Notes under the pieces: model-generated
What the model was told of the DNA's origin: nothing
The model's database searches: none
The model's input: the letters and a program-made list of their open reading frames with translations, nothing else
NCBI RefSeq assembly: GCF_009914755.1
Contig: NC_060929.1
Reading direction: 5' to 3' (one strand)
Length of the DNA stretch: 64,000 nt
From: the human T2T-CHM13v2.0 reference genome, Homo sapiens
Program-made: the position numbers and the translations under genes
Shown: piece by piece, positions 42,003-54,938 of the stretch
How the letters are laid out: each line of letters begins with the position of its first letter
How positions within the stretch are numbered: the stretch's first letter is position 1

Positions 42003-43509
42003 CGAATAGAAGATTTTAAATAGGACTATAAAATAAATTAACTGGCTATCTTGCTTACATTAGGGACCTAATAAATGTCTGGTTAGCAGAACTTATACCT
42101 TTTATTTTAATTGATGCATCATAAGCTTAACTAGATACTTTAATCAGGAAATAATATGTGAAACAACTATGACTCATGAGCACGTTTTAGAATTATAATC
42201 TCTGAATAACTTATTTGTGCATATTTTTGTTTATTCAATGAATAACAACTTCTAGGAATAGTTAGCACATTCAGCTTTTCTTAGAATCATTTTTATACTT
42301 GATAGAAATAAAAATACTGTTAAAGAAAATGTCATGATGAATTAGAAAGGCAAGAACACTGCAGAAGGCTATAATCCTTTCAGATTTGAAGGATGGAATG
42401 AGACTGTGTCTGCAGGACTAGCTGCCCAATTGAATTGAGATGATGTAGCTGGACATTTAAAAAAGCACAGTAGTACATGCAGGGTCACATCACAGATTGA
42501 AATGAAAAAAGTCCTTGTTGTCATTTTTATTTCACCAATTGGAATAAGTTTTCAACTTGTGAAAAGTGCTGCACAAATCCTGGAAACTGAAATTCTTTAC
42601 TAAAGCACAGGGAAGTGCAGGGCAATCAATGGCAATATCAGATTGAAGCTCATGCCTGTTAATAATGTGACTTAATCCTGATTTGGGGAAAAACATTATT
42701 TTGAGGATGAGAATATCAACCCTGAGCACTGCTCTGCGTTTCTACTGAAAGTAACAATTATTTCTTATCAGTGATGATATGGAGCCTTCCCAGGTGAAGG
42801 ATGTGCAAGGATAATGGCCATGGTGGATGGGGAGAGGATGGGAGCAGGGTAAAAGCCAATTCTGCTGCAGCTAACATGCTGTGTCTAAACACTATGCAAG
42901 ATAGCAGTTGTCATACAGTCTCAGCTTCTAATGCTGGGTCAGTAGCTTACTTGTGAAACTTGTATAAGTCGTTTTACCTGTCAGCTCTTTTTTTTTTTTT
43001 TTTTTTTTTGATAAATGAGAGGAACTTTAAGAGGTCTTTCAGCTCTTACCAACTTTGGTTATGCCATTGATAAGGACCTTTAAGAATTAGAATATTTAAT
43101 TTCATTATTCTAATTGCTTTGGCTAATGAGTATATAAGTACTGAAATTTCATTTCCTGGGATAGTACATTTGGGGAAGATATTCTGTGTATTTCTAAGTC
43201 CCTATCCTATCTTTTTACACACTAAATTTTAGTCATTTATCCAAGTTGACTGGACCCATGCCATAGGTTTTACAAGAAACTGGACACTTAAAGACCTTAA
43301 CAGTAGTTACCCAACTTAGGAACAGAGGCTTCTTTCAATAGACTTATGCTACAAAGCAGATGAGGAAGCATGCACTTCCAGCTGTTGGATTCTTTTGTGC
43401 CCATAACAGGTATGAAACTGTTATGCACGGATTTCACTGTGCATAACCTTCAACTTACTGATTCATATTAAAATGGTAATAACAAGTAAATGAAACTCCT
43501 ATAAAATTG

Positions 43510-43715
43510 GTTTCAAGTTCAGGCAGACAGACATGGATCATCGCAGCTATGTGAACTTGGGCAAAGTATCTTGTCATCTTGTGCCTTTATTTAAAAATAA
43601 GCATAATAATTTACCTACCTTATATGATCATTGTGAATTTAATTGTAAACACTTGACAGAATGCAATCACATATTGAGTGCTTAATAAATACTAGCTGTT
43701 GCTACTATCATTACT
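43510..43715 (+). mobile_element. MIR
   Basis: GCTATGTGAACTTGGGCAA..ATAATAATTTACCTACCT..GTGCTTAATAAATACTAGCTG. Confidence 0.65.
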
Positions 43716-44285
43716 GCCATTACCATTATCAAAATGATTATTTTTATTAGAAACCTGGAAGAAACTTAAGTAAGACTGTTGAAAAAATTCAGTTCTGCTT
43801 TTCTTTTTCATGTCCACTAACCCTATAATCTTCTGATGAGCATCAAGAAAATTATGTTTAAACAAATTGAGGAAAAGGAAAGCATTCCACTTTATGAGTA
43901 TTTATGAGCTATTTATAAAATACACCTGAATATGTGAGAGATATATTGAGATGTGGCCTTTAAAAGAAAAGATGAACAGAGAAAGCAAATCTATTTGCCT
44001 GTACAAGTGCATGTAACCAGTAGACAATATGCAGTAATAAGTCATTTTTTGCATTTAATTTTAGTTATCTAATATAATTTTTCTATGTAAGACAAATACC
44101 TGTAGATACATTAGCTAAATATAGAATGATAATATAGACAGTCAGGTTCATCATGGGTATAATGCTTGTTAAATAAACATTAAATAAACTCTCTGTCTTG
44201 GTTTTGGCTCATGACATAATTTTAGGCCTGAAGTGCCTTCTTCTAGCCAGAGAAAGGCAATGAATAAACACGAAGTGTTAGGAAG

Positions 44286-44748
44286 TGAGGTAGGAGGCAG
44301 GGCTCAGACACTGGACAAAATTGAGTACTAGCTAAAACAGGGACAGGGCAGGAGTTTTCTATAAGACAAGCCCATAAGTGTGTCATGTCAGTTTATCATT
44401 GCCATGGCAACACCAGGAAGTTACCACTCCTTTCCATGGCAATGACCCAACAACCTGAAAGTTACCACACTTTTCTAGAAATTACTGCATAATCTACCTC
44501 TTAATTTGCATATAACTAAAAGTGGATATAAATATGACTGCAGAACTGCTTTTGAGCTGCTACTCTGGGCACACTGGCTATGGGGTAGCCCTGCTCTGCA
44601 AGGAGCAGTACCTCTGCTGCTGCTGTACACTGCCACTTCAATAAAACTTGTGGTCCACCACCACCTGCTCACGCTTGAATCCTTTCCTGGGCAAAGCCAA
44701 GAATCCTCCCAGGCTAAGCCCCAATTTAGGGGACCACCTACACTGTCA
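44286..44748 (+). mobile_element. MER66-like (MER41/66 group, ERV1) solo LTR
   Basis: TGAGGTAGGAGGC..TTGCCATGGCAAC..AGGCTAAGCCCCAATTT..TCA. Perfect TSD GAAG at 44282-44285 and 44749-44752. Confidence 0.82.
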
Positions 44749-44847
44749 GAAGCTTACTTTCTGAGTTATTTCACTTAAAAGGATAATAATTTACCTATCT
44801 GATAGAATTGTTGTGAATTTAAGATAAAATTATCTTGCTTAAGATGA

Positions 44848-45124
44848 AGGTGAAATGACTCAGAAATAGAACATCAAATACCACATGATCTCACTTATAA
44901 GTGGGAGCTAAATAATGTGTACACATTTATATAGAGTTGTGGAATAGTAGACATTGGAAACTCAGCAGGGTGGGAGGAGGTGAGGGAATGAGAAATTATT
45001 TAGTGGGTACAACGTACACTATTCGAGTGATGGTTACACTAAATGTCCAGGCTTCATCACTATGCAATATATCCATGTAAAAAAAACTACACTTGTACCC
45101 CTTACATTTATAAAAATTTAAAAA
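44848..45124 (+). mobile_element. L1PB3/PB4-like 3'UTR
   Basis: CTCACTTATAAGTGGGAGCTAAATAATGTG..CACTTGTACCCCTTACATTTATA. Confidence 0.75.
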
Positions 45125-45319
45125 GTCACATTGTAAAGTACTACATTGTTAGTTTCAGGGTAAAATGACTTAAAAGACCTAACTGGTTCCAAATGTCTCT
45201 TGTGTAAAGATTTCATGATGACTGAAATTCTCGTTATTAGACTCAATTCTTTGTGACGTAATAGAACTTTTCAGGAGCTTTTATTAATAGCTAGAGTTTT
45301 AATATAGAAATATCTGATA

Positions 45320-46265
45320 ACTATTAGGAGCATCAGGAGCTCCTTTCTTTCCAATCTGTATGCATTTTGACATTTCTCAACGTTATTGCAATGGTTAATT
45401 AAGACCTTTAGTACAAGTTGAATGCACATATGAGTTTGTACATCTTTATGCTTACCTGATCTTAGACAATGACTTTCAGCCTCACCATTTAATAAGACTT
45501 TAAAGATACATTTTCGTAGATGCTCTCTACCATGTTGAGGCAGTTTGCTTCTATTCCTAGATGATAAGGTTTTTATTATGCATCATGTTAAATTTTGTCA
45601 AATATTTTCTACATCTGTTAAGATTATCAAATTATTGCCCTTGAAATTGTTTGATCAGTCAATATAGTGACTTACATTAATGAATTTCAGATGTCAAATC
45701 AAACCTGCTATCTTGGAATAAGCTATGTTTTGTTGTAACATATCATTTATTTTATATATTGCTGATTATAATTTGCTAATATTTTTAAAGGATTCGTGTC
45801 ACTATATCCATGACAACAGTTGTCTGTAATGTTTTTGTTGGTTTATTTTTCTTAATAATACCTTTGGTGGTTTTTATTATCAGGATAATACTTACCTCAT
45901 AAAATGAGCTGGAAACTGTGTTCTCCTTTTTTACTTTCTGGAAGATTTTATAAATAATAGATATTCCTTTTTCCTTTAACATTAGGTAGAATTCACCATG
46001 GAAGCTGTCTGGGTCAATGGCTTGCTATATTAGATGGATTTTTGTTTGATTGTTTAACTATAAATTGAATTTCATTAGTAAATGCAGATATATTTAAGTT
46101 ATCTGTTTTGGGGTGAATTTTGCTAATCTGCATCTTTCAAAGAATATTTATATTTCTTCTAAGTTTGTCAACTATATCAACATAAAATTGTATTACTAAT
46201 TTAATTCCCATAGAATACAACATGGAGCCTTGTCCACTCTCATCATGATATTGGTAGTTTGTGAA
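45320..46265 (-). mobile_element. Old L1M ORF2 fragment
   Basis: The minus-strand translation retains SSFYEVSIILIIK (compare L1 NSFYEASIILIPK). Confidence 0.7.
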
Positions 46266-46329
46266 TTAAATAATAACAATTAAAACATACGACATAGAAA
46301 AATTTTTTGTTAAGTAATGCATAGAAAAA

Positions 46330-46860
46330 AAACAGTATGTTCAAATGAAGAGGAGTTAAAAATCTAATCTTCAACCTCAAGAAGGTAGAAAATTAAATTA
46401 AAATAGGTTAAAGGAAAAAATAATGTGGATCGCAGAAATAATATTAACAGAATAATATTAATAAAATATTGACAAACTATTAGCCGGAATAATAAAAAGT
46501 AAAAGAAAACTAATAAAGCCAAAAGTTTGCTCTTTGAATACACTAATAAAATTAAGCCACTTTCAGTACATCTAATCAAGAGAGGCAGAAAAAATACAAG
46601 TTTATTTTGAACAAGAGGACTTCATTATGTACTTACAGAATTAAAGAGACAGTAAGCAGTTGTGTAGAAATTTTTGCTAATTTTAAAGAATTATAATAAT
46701 ATAAACTGTGTTTTTTGACCACAACAAAATTAAATTAGTTGTTGAAAAACAGCTAGAAATTCTGCAGATGCTTGCAAACTATGCAACATACTTCTAAATT
46801 TAAAAATATACACAAGAAATTGAAAAATGCTTTTAATGCAATAATGTTTAAAACAATAAA
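46330..46860 (+). mobile_element. Old L1M ORF2 fragments (resume at 47980-48075)
   Basis: GCCAAAAGTTTGCTCTTTGAA and TGACCACAACAAAATTAAATTAG. Continues after the L1PA as AATTTGTGGTATGTAGCTAAA. Confidence 0.6.
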
Positions 46861-47979
46861 TCATTTTTATTGTGTCTATTTGATTCTTCTCTCTTTTCTT
46901 CTTTATCAGTCTGGCTAGTGGTGTATTTTGTTAATCTTTTCCAAAAACCAGCTCCTGGGTTCATTGATTTTTTGAAGGTTTTCTTCGTGTCTCTATCTCC
47001 TTCAGTTCAGCTCTGATCTTAGTTATTTCTTGTCTTCTGCTAGCTTTGAATTTGTTTGCTCTTTCTTCTCTAGTTCTTTTAATTGTGATGTTAGGTTGTT
47101 GGTTTTAGATCTTTCCTGCTTTTTCCTATGGGCATTTAGTGCTATAAATTTCCCTCTAAACACTGCGAAGTATACAAACAAACGCTTCTCAAAAGAAGAC
47201 ATTTATGCAGCCAACAAACATATGAAAAAATGCTCATTATCACTGGTCATTAGAGAAATGCAAATCAAAACCACAATGAGATACCATCTCACGCCAGTTA
47301 GAACGATGATCATTAAAAAGTCAGGAAACAATAGATGCTGGAGAGGCTGTGGAAAAATAGGAACACTTTTACACTGTTGGTGGGAGTGAGTGTAAATTAG
47401 CTGAACCATTGTGGAAGACAGTGTGGCAATTACTCAAGGATCTAGAACCAGAAATACCATTTGACCCAGCAATCCCATTACTGGGTATATACCCAAAGGA
47501 TTATAAATCATTCTACTATAAAGACATATCCACATGTATGTTTATTGCAGCACTATTCACAATAGCAAAGACTTGGAACCAACCCAAATGTCCATCAATG
47601 ATAGACTGGATAAAGAAAATGTGGCACATATACACCATGGAATAGTATGCAGCCATAAGAAAAAAGAATGAGGTCATGTCCTTTGCAGGGACATGGATGA
47701 AGCTGAAAACCATCATTCTGAGCAAACTAACACAGGAACAGAAAACCAAACACTGCATATTCTCACTCATAAGTGGGAGTTGAACAATGAGAACATATGG
47801 AGACACAGAGGGGAACATCACACACTGGGGCCTGTCAGGGGATGGGGGGCTGACATTAGGAGAAATACCTAATGTAGATGATGGGTTAATGGGTGCATCA
47901 AACCACCATGGCACTATGTAACAAATCTGAATGTTCTGCACATGTATTCCAGAACTTAAAGTATAATTAAAAAAAAAAC
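46861..47979 (+). mobile_element. L1PA7/8-like 3' end with an inverted 5' segment
   Basis: Antisense ORF2 at 46861-47166 ([21 protein letters not shown] on the minus strand), then sense ORF2 C-terminus ([16 protein letters not shown]; [11 protein letters not shown]), 3'UTR and poly(A). Confidence 0.9.
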
Positions 47980-50179
47980 AAATTTGTGGTATGTAGCTAA
48001 AATAGGGCTTGTAGATGATTTTTATCATTAAGTGCTTATGTAAGAAAAAGAAGAAAAGTCCAAAATACATTTTTAAACACAATAGATTTTTTCCATTTTG
48101 TTATATACTCTGATTAGAAATAAATAAAATATTTGTATCTTTTTACATCTCTGAAATGCAGATTTCTTTGCATGTCAACAGTTTATATCAATATTAATCA
48201 TCTATAATGTCTTTTACCTTCTCTGTGTGCATAATTTTCATTTTTCTCTGATCGTCACCTTCCAAAGCGCATAAATATTCAAAGCACTGTAGCTTCCTGT
48301 GCCAGCTTTCCCCACTCCCCATCATTTCCCCATTTTACTTAACTCTTTCAAATACATTGTTAATGATATTAAATAGTACCCTGGATGAGGAGATGAGTGG
48401 AAGTCAGAAAGCATTGCCATCTCAGGAATGGTGTTAAGCTACCTCCTTTGGAGCTCTTCAGCACTAGCAAGAGTGCTATTGAGTTGGACCCTCCCTTCAA
48501 ATAGAAAACTGGCAATGGGGCCAGGAAAGGCAATAGCTTCTCCTCTTTTTTGAACACTTTTTAATATTCATATCATCTCTGGCCAATTACCTATTCAATG
48601 ACGTATGATTCATGCATTTACATACTTAAATATTTTTTCAGGAACTATGTTTGTTAGATATGGGAATAAAATAATCCATTTTTACGTATTAAAAGCACTA
48701 ATAAATGCCAGAAAAAAATAATTAATCAAGTACTATACAAATAATTTTTTAAAGAAAAGCTAACAAATGAAGATCTTTATAAACAATGCTGTCTTGTAAG
48801 TCCAAATTTTAAAATTCACTTCTGTCATAGTCTTCGTAAATAGTAATATGACATTTTCTCCCATTCCTCTATAACACACACATATATAGCTTTTAAGGAA
48901 AAAAAATAAGCACTTTGTCCAATTATAATTATTAGTATACTCTGCTCTGTCCACATGAAATCTTTGAAGGTAATTTTTTTTCTCTTGTTTACTAATAGAA
49001 TCCTCTGATTCCTCTACTGTACAAACTAGTCATTTTCCTTTTTACGTAACTTCTCTTAGATCATACTGGCCATTCAGTTCTTTTTTAAAAAGGAGAGAGA
49101 GAGAGAGAGAGAAGCTTTTAATACCTTTGAATACTTTCCCTGACTTACTACAGGTAACTGGATGACCAATATGCCTCCATAAACATTTCAGCCTGAAGAT
49201 TATTGATACTACATAGAGATACAGGGGCAGAAAAAGAGAACAACTTTTTAAAATTTTACATTTTTGGAAAATTGTTGAACTGTTCTTGTTTTGTGTAATC
49301 ACTATAAATCATTTTCTCATCAAACATACCTTAGATATCTAAAAAAAAACCCGTTCCTTCTGAGAGACTGATATCTCACATAACGTATTTAATTGTGACA
49401 GTCTACTGATACAACTTTGTTGCTCTGTCATCTAGTACATTTCGTTTTTGTTACACCAAATATTTTAGCACAGTTATATATATAATAATAGACAAATACC
49501 ATCCAAAGTCTTCCATTTTTAAAAAATAAAATACAATTAATTCTTTGATATATAATACAAAATTTATTCACCACTGAGAGTGAGCTTTAAATTACTTGTG
49601 CAGAAATTGAGATTGTTCATCATTACAAATAATTCCATCTGGCAGGGATTCACAGGAACCACTTCACACCATGACTCTTGATGAGTTGACTGTTCCTAAC
49701 TGTGACATATCCTTTTATCTTAACTGGAAACCTCAGGAGGTAGGCTATGTTCATAATTGAAAACATAATTGAAAACAAAATATCACACAATGTCATTTGG
49801 AAAGTCAAAGTTATGATTTTCACATTTACTGTATTGAAGCAAAATTAACCATGAGCCAAAAATATACATGTCAAGCTTAGTAGTGTTTTAATAAGGCATG
49901 AACAACAGCACTGAGGAAAAAAGATAGTTGAAAATAAATTTCCTTTTTCAATATATTGCACGGTTTGTTCATAAAAAATGTTTTTGTTTCTGAAAGTAAT
50001 TTGATCTTTTCTCTAGGTTTATATTTAGCAATGTTTAAGCATCATTATTTCTATCTCTACACTTTTATAGTATAGTCATTCAAAACACTGGCTCTGAAAA
50101 GTCTAACCAAACTGCTGTGGTTTGAATACTATTTCCACCTCTTACTAAATGCATGACCTTGGACAAGAATCATAATATC

Positions 50180-51058
50180 TTTTTATTTCTTTTATGTATT
50201 TCTTTATTTATTTACTCAGTAGGTTTTGGAGAGAACAGTTGGTGCTCGGTCACGTGAATCAGCAAGAAAAAAACAAGCAATCCCTTCAAAAAGGGGCCTA
50301 AGGACAAGAATAGCCAATTCTCAAAAGAAGATATACAAATGGCCAACAAACATATGAAAAAATGTTCAGCATCACTAATGATCAGGAAAATGCAAATCAA
50401 AACCACAATGTGATACCATCTTTCTCCTGCAAGAATGGCCATAATCAAAAAATCAAAAAATAATCGATGTGGGCCTGTATGTGGTGAAAGGGAACACTTT
50501 TACATGGCTGGTGGGAATGTAAACTAGTAAAGCCACTATGGAAAACAGTTTGGATATTCCTTGAAGAACTAAAAGTAGAACTCTCATTTGATCCAGCAAT
50601 CTCACTCCTGGGTATCTACCCAGAGAAAAATAAGTCATTATAAGAAAAAGATACTTGCATATACATGTTTACAGCAGCACAATTTACATTTGCAAACTTA
50701 TGGAACCAGCCCAAATGTCCATCAATCAATGACTGGATAAAAACATTGTGGTATGTATATTTAACATGGAATACTACTCAGGCATAAAAAGGAACAAAAT
50801 AATGGCATTCACAGCAACCTGGATGGAATTAGAGACCATGATTCCAAGTGAAGTAACTCAAGGATGGAGAAACCAAACATCGTATGTTTTCACTCATAAG
50901 TGGGAGCTAAGCTATGAGGATGTAAAGGCATAAGAATGATACAATCGACTTTAGCTATTCAAGGGAAAGGATTGGAGGGGGGGTTAGAGCTAAAGACTAT
51001 ACATTGGGTATAGTGTACACTGCTCAAGTGATGGGTGCACCAAAATCTCAGACATCAT
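50180..51058 (-). mobile_element. L1PB1-like 3' end with 5' inversion, inserted in a MIR
   Basis: Antisense tail plus the last ~45 nt (50180-50259), then about 800 bp sense (AAGTAACTCAAGGATGG..GGTGCACCAAAATCTCAG). MIR on both flanks. Confidence 0.85.
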
Positions 51059-51339
51059 TGTATTTCACATTGCACATAAGCAGAATGGGAATAATAATAT
51101 TAGCTATTTTATAAGATTGCTATGAAAGTTATGTTATTATTATGTTAGATTAGATTAGATTAGGTGTGCCAATTGCCTATCAATGTGGTACATACTAAGT
51201 GTGTCACAGCCACAAGTAATGAAGTCACCAATCCCAGCAGAGCAGTGAGTGACCCACTGCAAAAACATTTTCTCACCTGCTTTCTCAAACACTGAAGAAA
51301 CTGAGACAGAATAAACAGAGCAAGGTGTTTGTTACAGAT

Positions 51340-51638
51340 TTGTACCAGTGAAAGGTCCCCAGAAAGCAGGATTACATCAAAGGCAGCGGTTTGAAATGGG
51401 TCTGCCTGGGAGAGAATTCCAGAGTATGCAGTGCCCATTTGAGTTGCCTTGTGTCAGACAAAAATGTCCTGTCCTTTACACCTTACCTTGCCCTGTCACC
51501 AGATGCAGGTTGTATCAGGAAAGGCATGACCTCAGGCAAGGTAGCTCTGTGGCACAGACATACCTTGAAGGGGCTGGCTGCTATAGCCAGTATTTCCTTG
51601 AGTGGGGCACAGGTAGCACACTTCTGTGCATACCACAC
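51340..51638 (-). mobile_element. LTR40/41-like ERVL LTR fragment
   Basis: GGAAAGGCATGACCTCAGGCAAGGTAGCTCT..CATACCACA. Confidence 0.45.
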
Positions 51639-51834
51639 TTCAATCTACTTCCTTTTAAAAATGTGCATATTTTACAAACAATATAAAAAATTCCATAAAA
51701 ACATCGAACAGTCCTCTGCTCCTCCTTTCCCTACCCTTGAGGGGAAACCATTGTCTCTCAGCACTTATTTGTATATTTCCAAATAAATTATTTATAGTAT
51801 ATTGTCTTATTTAATTATGTTGGTATTAACTTAC

Positions 51835-51922
51835 TGCCAAATATGGTCACATTCTGAGGTAATAGAGGTTAGGACTTCAACATATGTGATAGTGGTTGGG
51901 GCATACAATTTAGTCTGTAACA
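51835..51922 (-). mobile_element. MLT1B/C LTR terminal fragment
   Basis: GGTCACATTCTGAGGTAATAGAGGTTAGGACTTCAACATATG..TAACA. Confidence 0.7.
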
Positions 51923-52006
51923 TTCTCATACTAGCCCACGTATGGCCTTTAGCAATTCATGAATAGTTTTTGCTGAATAAGTCTTCTTTGCTTATGTGTT
52001 AGCACT

Positions 52007-52122
52007 TGTATTAGTCAGGGTTCTCTTAGAGGGATACATCTATATCTGTCTATATCTATATCTATATCTATCTGTGAAGTTTATTAAGTATTAACTCACA
52101 TGATCACAAGGTCCCACAATAG
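52007..52122 (-). mobile_element. MLT2A fragment with (TATATC)n
   Basis: TGTATTAGTCAGGGTTCTC..CACAAGGTCCCACAATAG, truncated. Confidence 0.8.
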
Positions 52123-52503
52123 CCAAAGGGAGCTTGAAAGGACAACTAGAAAGGCTGTACTACTTGAGTGAATAGAAGAGAATTAAGAAATGTCTCCAGA
52201 GAAATGAGTAAGTCTTTTATTAGGTATATAATTTAACTCTTTAGAACATTTTATTAAGACAATTAAAACTATTGCTTACTTTTTTTAGTAAGTTGGAGAT
52301 ATTTGGATTAAGATAAACCATGCAAAGACAAGATTTATCAGGGAATCAAATGTAATCTTTGCTTTGTTTAATATTCAATTGCCTCAATTCTTAACTTTAG
52401 TGTTCTAATATAGATGTGTTTAGATTTAAAAAAAACACACACAGCTTAGAGGAAACCAAAATGGATATTAAATGACAAAAAAAGTTTCATTTATAACTTG
52501 TCC

Positions 52504-53381
52504 TGTAAACCAAAATAAAATTATAAGCCCCCAACTAACCAAGTGGACCCTCCTCTAGGCTAAGGGGATCCAAAGAAACCTGAGAAACTAATTCAGGCCA
52601 TGAGAGAAAAGAGAAAGGGTCAGACATGTCTCATTATACTCTCCTCCCTTTGGAGTCCAGGCACAGCTGACCAGCATTAAAATAGAGATCCTAAGTCCCA
52701 CAGAATAGACTCTTGTAGCAATAAGATACCAACTCCAACCTGACTCTGGTATAACATCACATGACAGATAACAGGCCCTAAAAGGAAATCAAAGCATTTT
52801 ATCCCGAAATATATTTCTTTGACATATTTTGAAACAGTTCTGCACAAAACTGTCTCTTGTGGGGGAAATCTCTTTTCCTTACTAGGTCTCTCCAGAGAGC
52901 CTGACACCTTTGACAAGAAACATTCACATCTATTCTCTCTGAAGCCTTCTACAGGGCAGAGAAGCTTCATCTACTTAACAAGACCATTGGCTTCCACCCT
53001 CCCTGCCACCCCCACCTTATCTTAACTCAAGCTGATTTTAACTCTTCAGGCAGAGCATAAACTTTCCAACCAATTGCCAATCAGGAAACTTTTAAATCTA
53101 CCTACAACCTGGAAGAGGCACCTCCGACCCTGTACGAATCCCTTACCCACTGCTTCGAGATGTCCCTCCTTTTTCCTTTCTGGCCTAACCTTAAATATAT
53201 TGATTTATGTTTGTGCCTGTAACTTCTGTCTTCTGTATAAAACAAATCTGTTACCCAACCACCTCAAGCACATATTTGCAGTACCACCTGAGGCTGTATC
53301 AGGAAGGGTTATGATCCTTAACTTTAGCAAAATAAACTTCTAAATTGATTGAGACCTGTCTCAGATACTTTTTAGTTTATG
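52504..53381 (+). mobile_element. MER4 (D/E-type, ERV1) solo LTR
   Basis: TGTAAACCAAAATAAAATT..AAATTGATTGAGACCTGTCTCAGATAC. TSD GTCC at 52500-52503 and 53382-53385. Confidence 0.88.
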
Positions 53382-54010
53382 GTCCCAACAGAAAGAATTC
53401 CAAATATATAAGTTACTGATAATGGAAAAGCAGGCAAAAATAGGGGGAAAATATTTGCTGTTTTACCTTTAGTTATTTGGATCTCCCTTCCATAAGATGC
53501 CTATTTTCAGCAGTGATTTATGCCAACTGCCTTAATTTCATTCTACAGTGAAATATTCAAGGAGGATCAAGTGGTTCCCAGATGAATATTTCTGGAAAAA
53601 AGTAGCTACTGATCTGTGGGCAGGAAAACATGAAGTATTAGTGAGTTTCAGAGCCAGGAGGAGTGAGGGGAAAAGTCACTGAAAGTGACAGATGTCGCCT
53701 TCCTCATAGGTTCTTCTTGTGACACAATATTCACATGAGAGTACATTTGCCCATTTAATTTTTAAGGAAAGAAAATAAATAGAGCAAAGAAATGAAAAGT
53801 AAATCACCCCTTGCCAGAGAATATTTATAATGCCAATGGGATGGTCTCAGTAGACGAGAGAAACAAAGGGAATCTAAATGGAATGAATAAAATAAAGAGC
53901 AGAGAGAGGCCTGAAGAAATAAAACTGAGGTGTGAAAAGCAAGACCAGGACATGAAACATGGGATAGAAACAAGAGAAATGAGTCAGAGAGACAATTAAA
54001 TTCTTAATTA

Positions 54011-54334
<324 letters not shown>

Positions 54335-54867
54335 TTAGTGAGTTTTCAACTATTCATAAATTATTTTTATTATTCATATATTATGTTGTGATTTTACAAC
54401 TAGCATAATTTTTGAAATGTCTTTATATAATCTATGTCTTTTTGAAGCCTATTAATTTTTTTAAGAGATGCAATATATGATACAAATACAGTTTTCTGAA
54501 CACAGTATTATTTAGTCATTGAGAAGAGATTATATCATTTGGAGTAATTGAAAATCTTTCCTCAGGAAGAGAATGTGTCACTGAAATGCAAGCCAGTCTA
54601 ATATCCAAACTTTATAAAGCCTATTGGTGAATATCAGGTGATAGTTGTTTCTCTAAGGTGGCCTCATTTCAGCTTCACATTGGGAGATATGTCCATATGA
54701 AACAATACACCCATAAATGGTAGGAGGAAGCTGGATCCAGGTTGAGGGAAAGATAACTAAGATGGATTTTAGTCAGGAAAGTCAGTGGCCTTGAAAGGTA
54801 ACTGGGGCAGATTTCTATTTTGGGAATTAAGACAGAATTTTAAGTTCATAGAACTAAGCTATCAAAG

Positions 54868-54869
<2 letters not shown>

Positions 54870-54906
<37 letters not shown>

Positions 54907-54938
54907 CGCACATGTGTGTGTGTGTGTGTGTGTGTGTG
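54870..54938. repeat. Compound (TG)n/(CG/CA) microsatellite
   Basis: Uninterrupted purine-pyrimidine alternation of about 69 bp. Confidence 0.95.

Noticed and set aside
47030-48082. 119-aa, 78-aa and 188-aa ORFs
   Set aside because: These are chimeric or antisense translations of a dead L1PA7/8 fragment.
51348-51786. 112-aa and 131-aa overlapping ORFs
   Set aside because: They overlap a decayed LTR40/41-like fragment and contain no recognisable domain.
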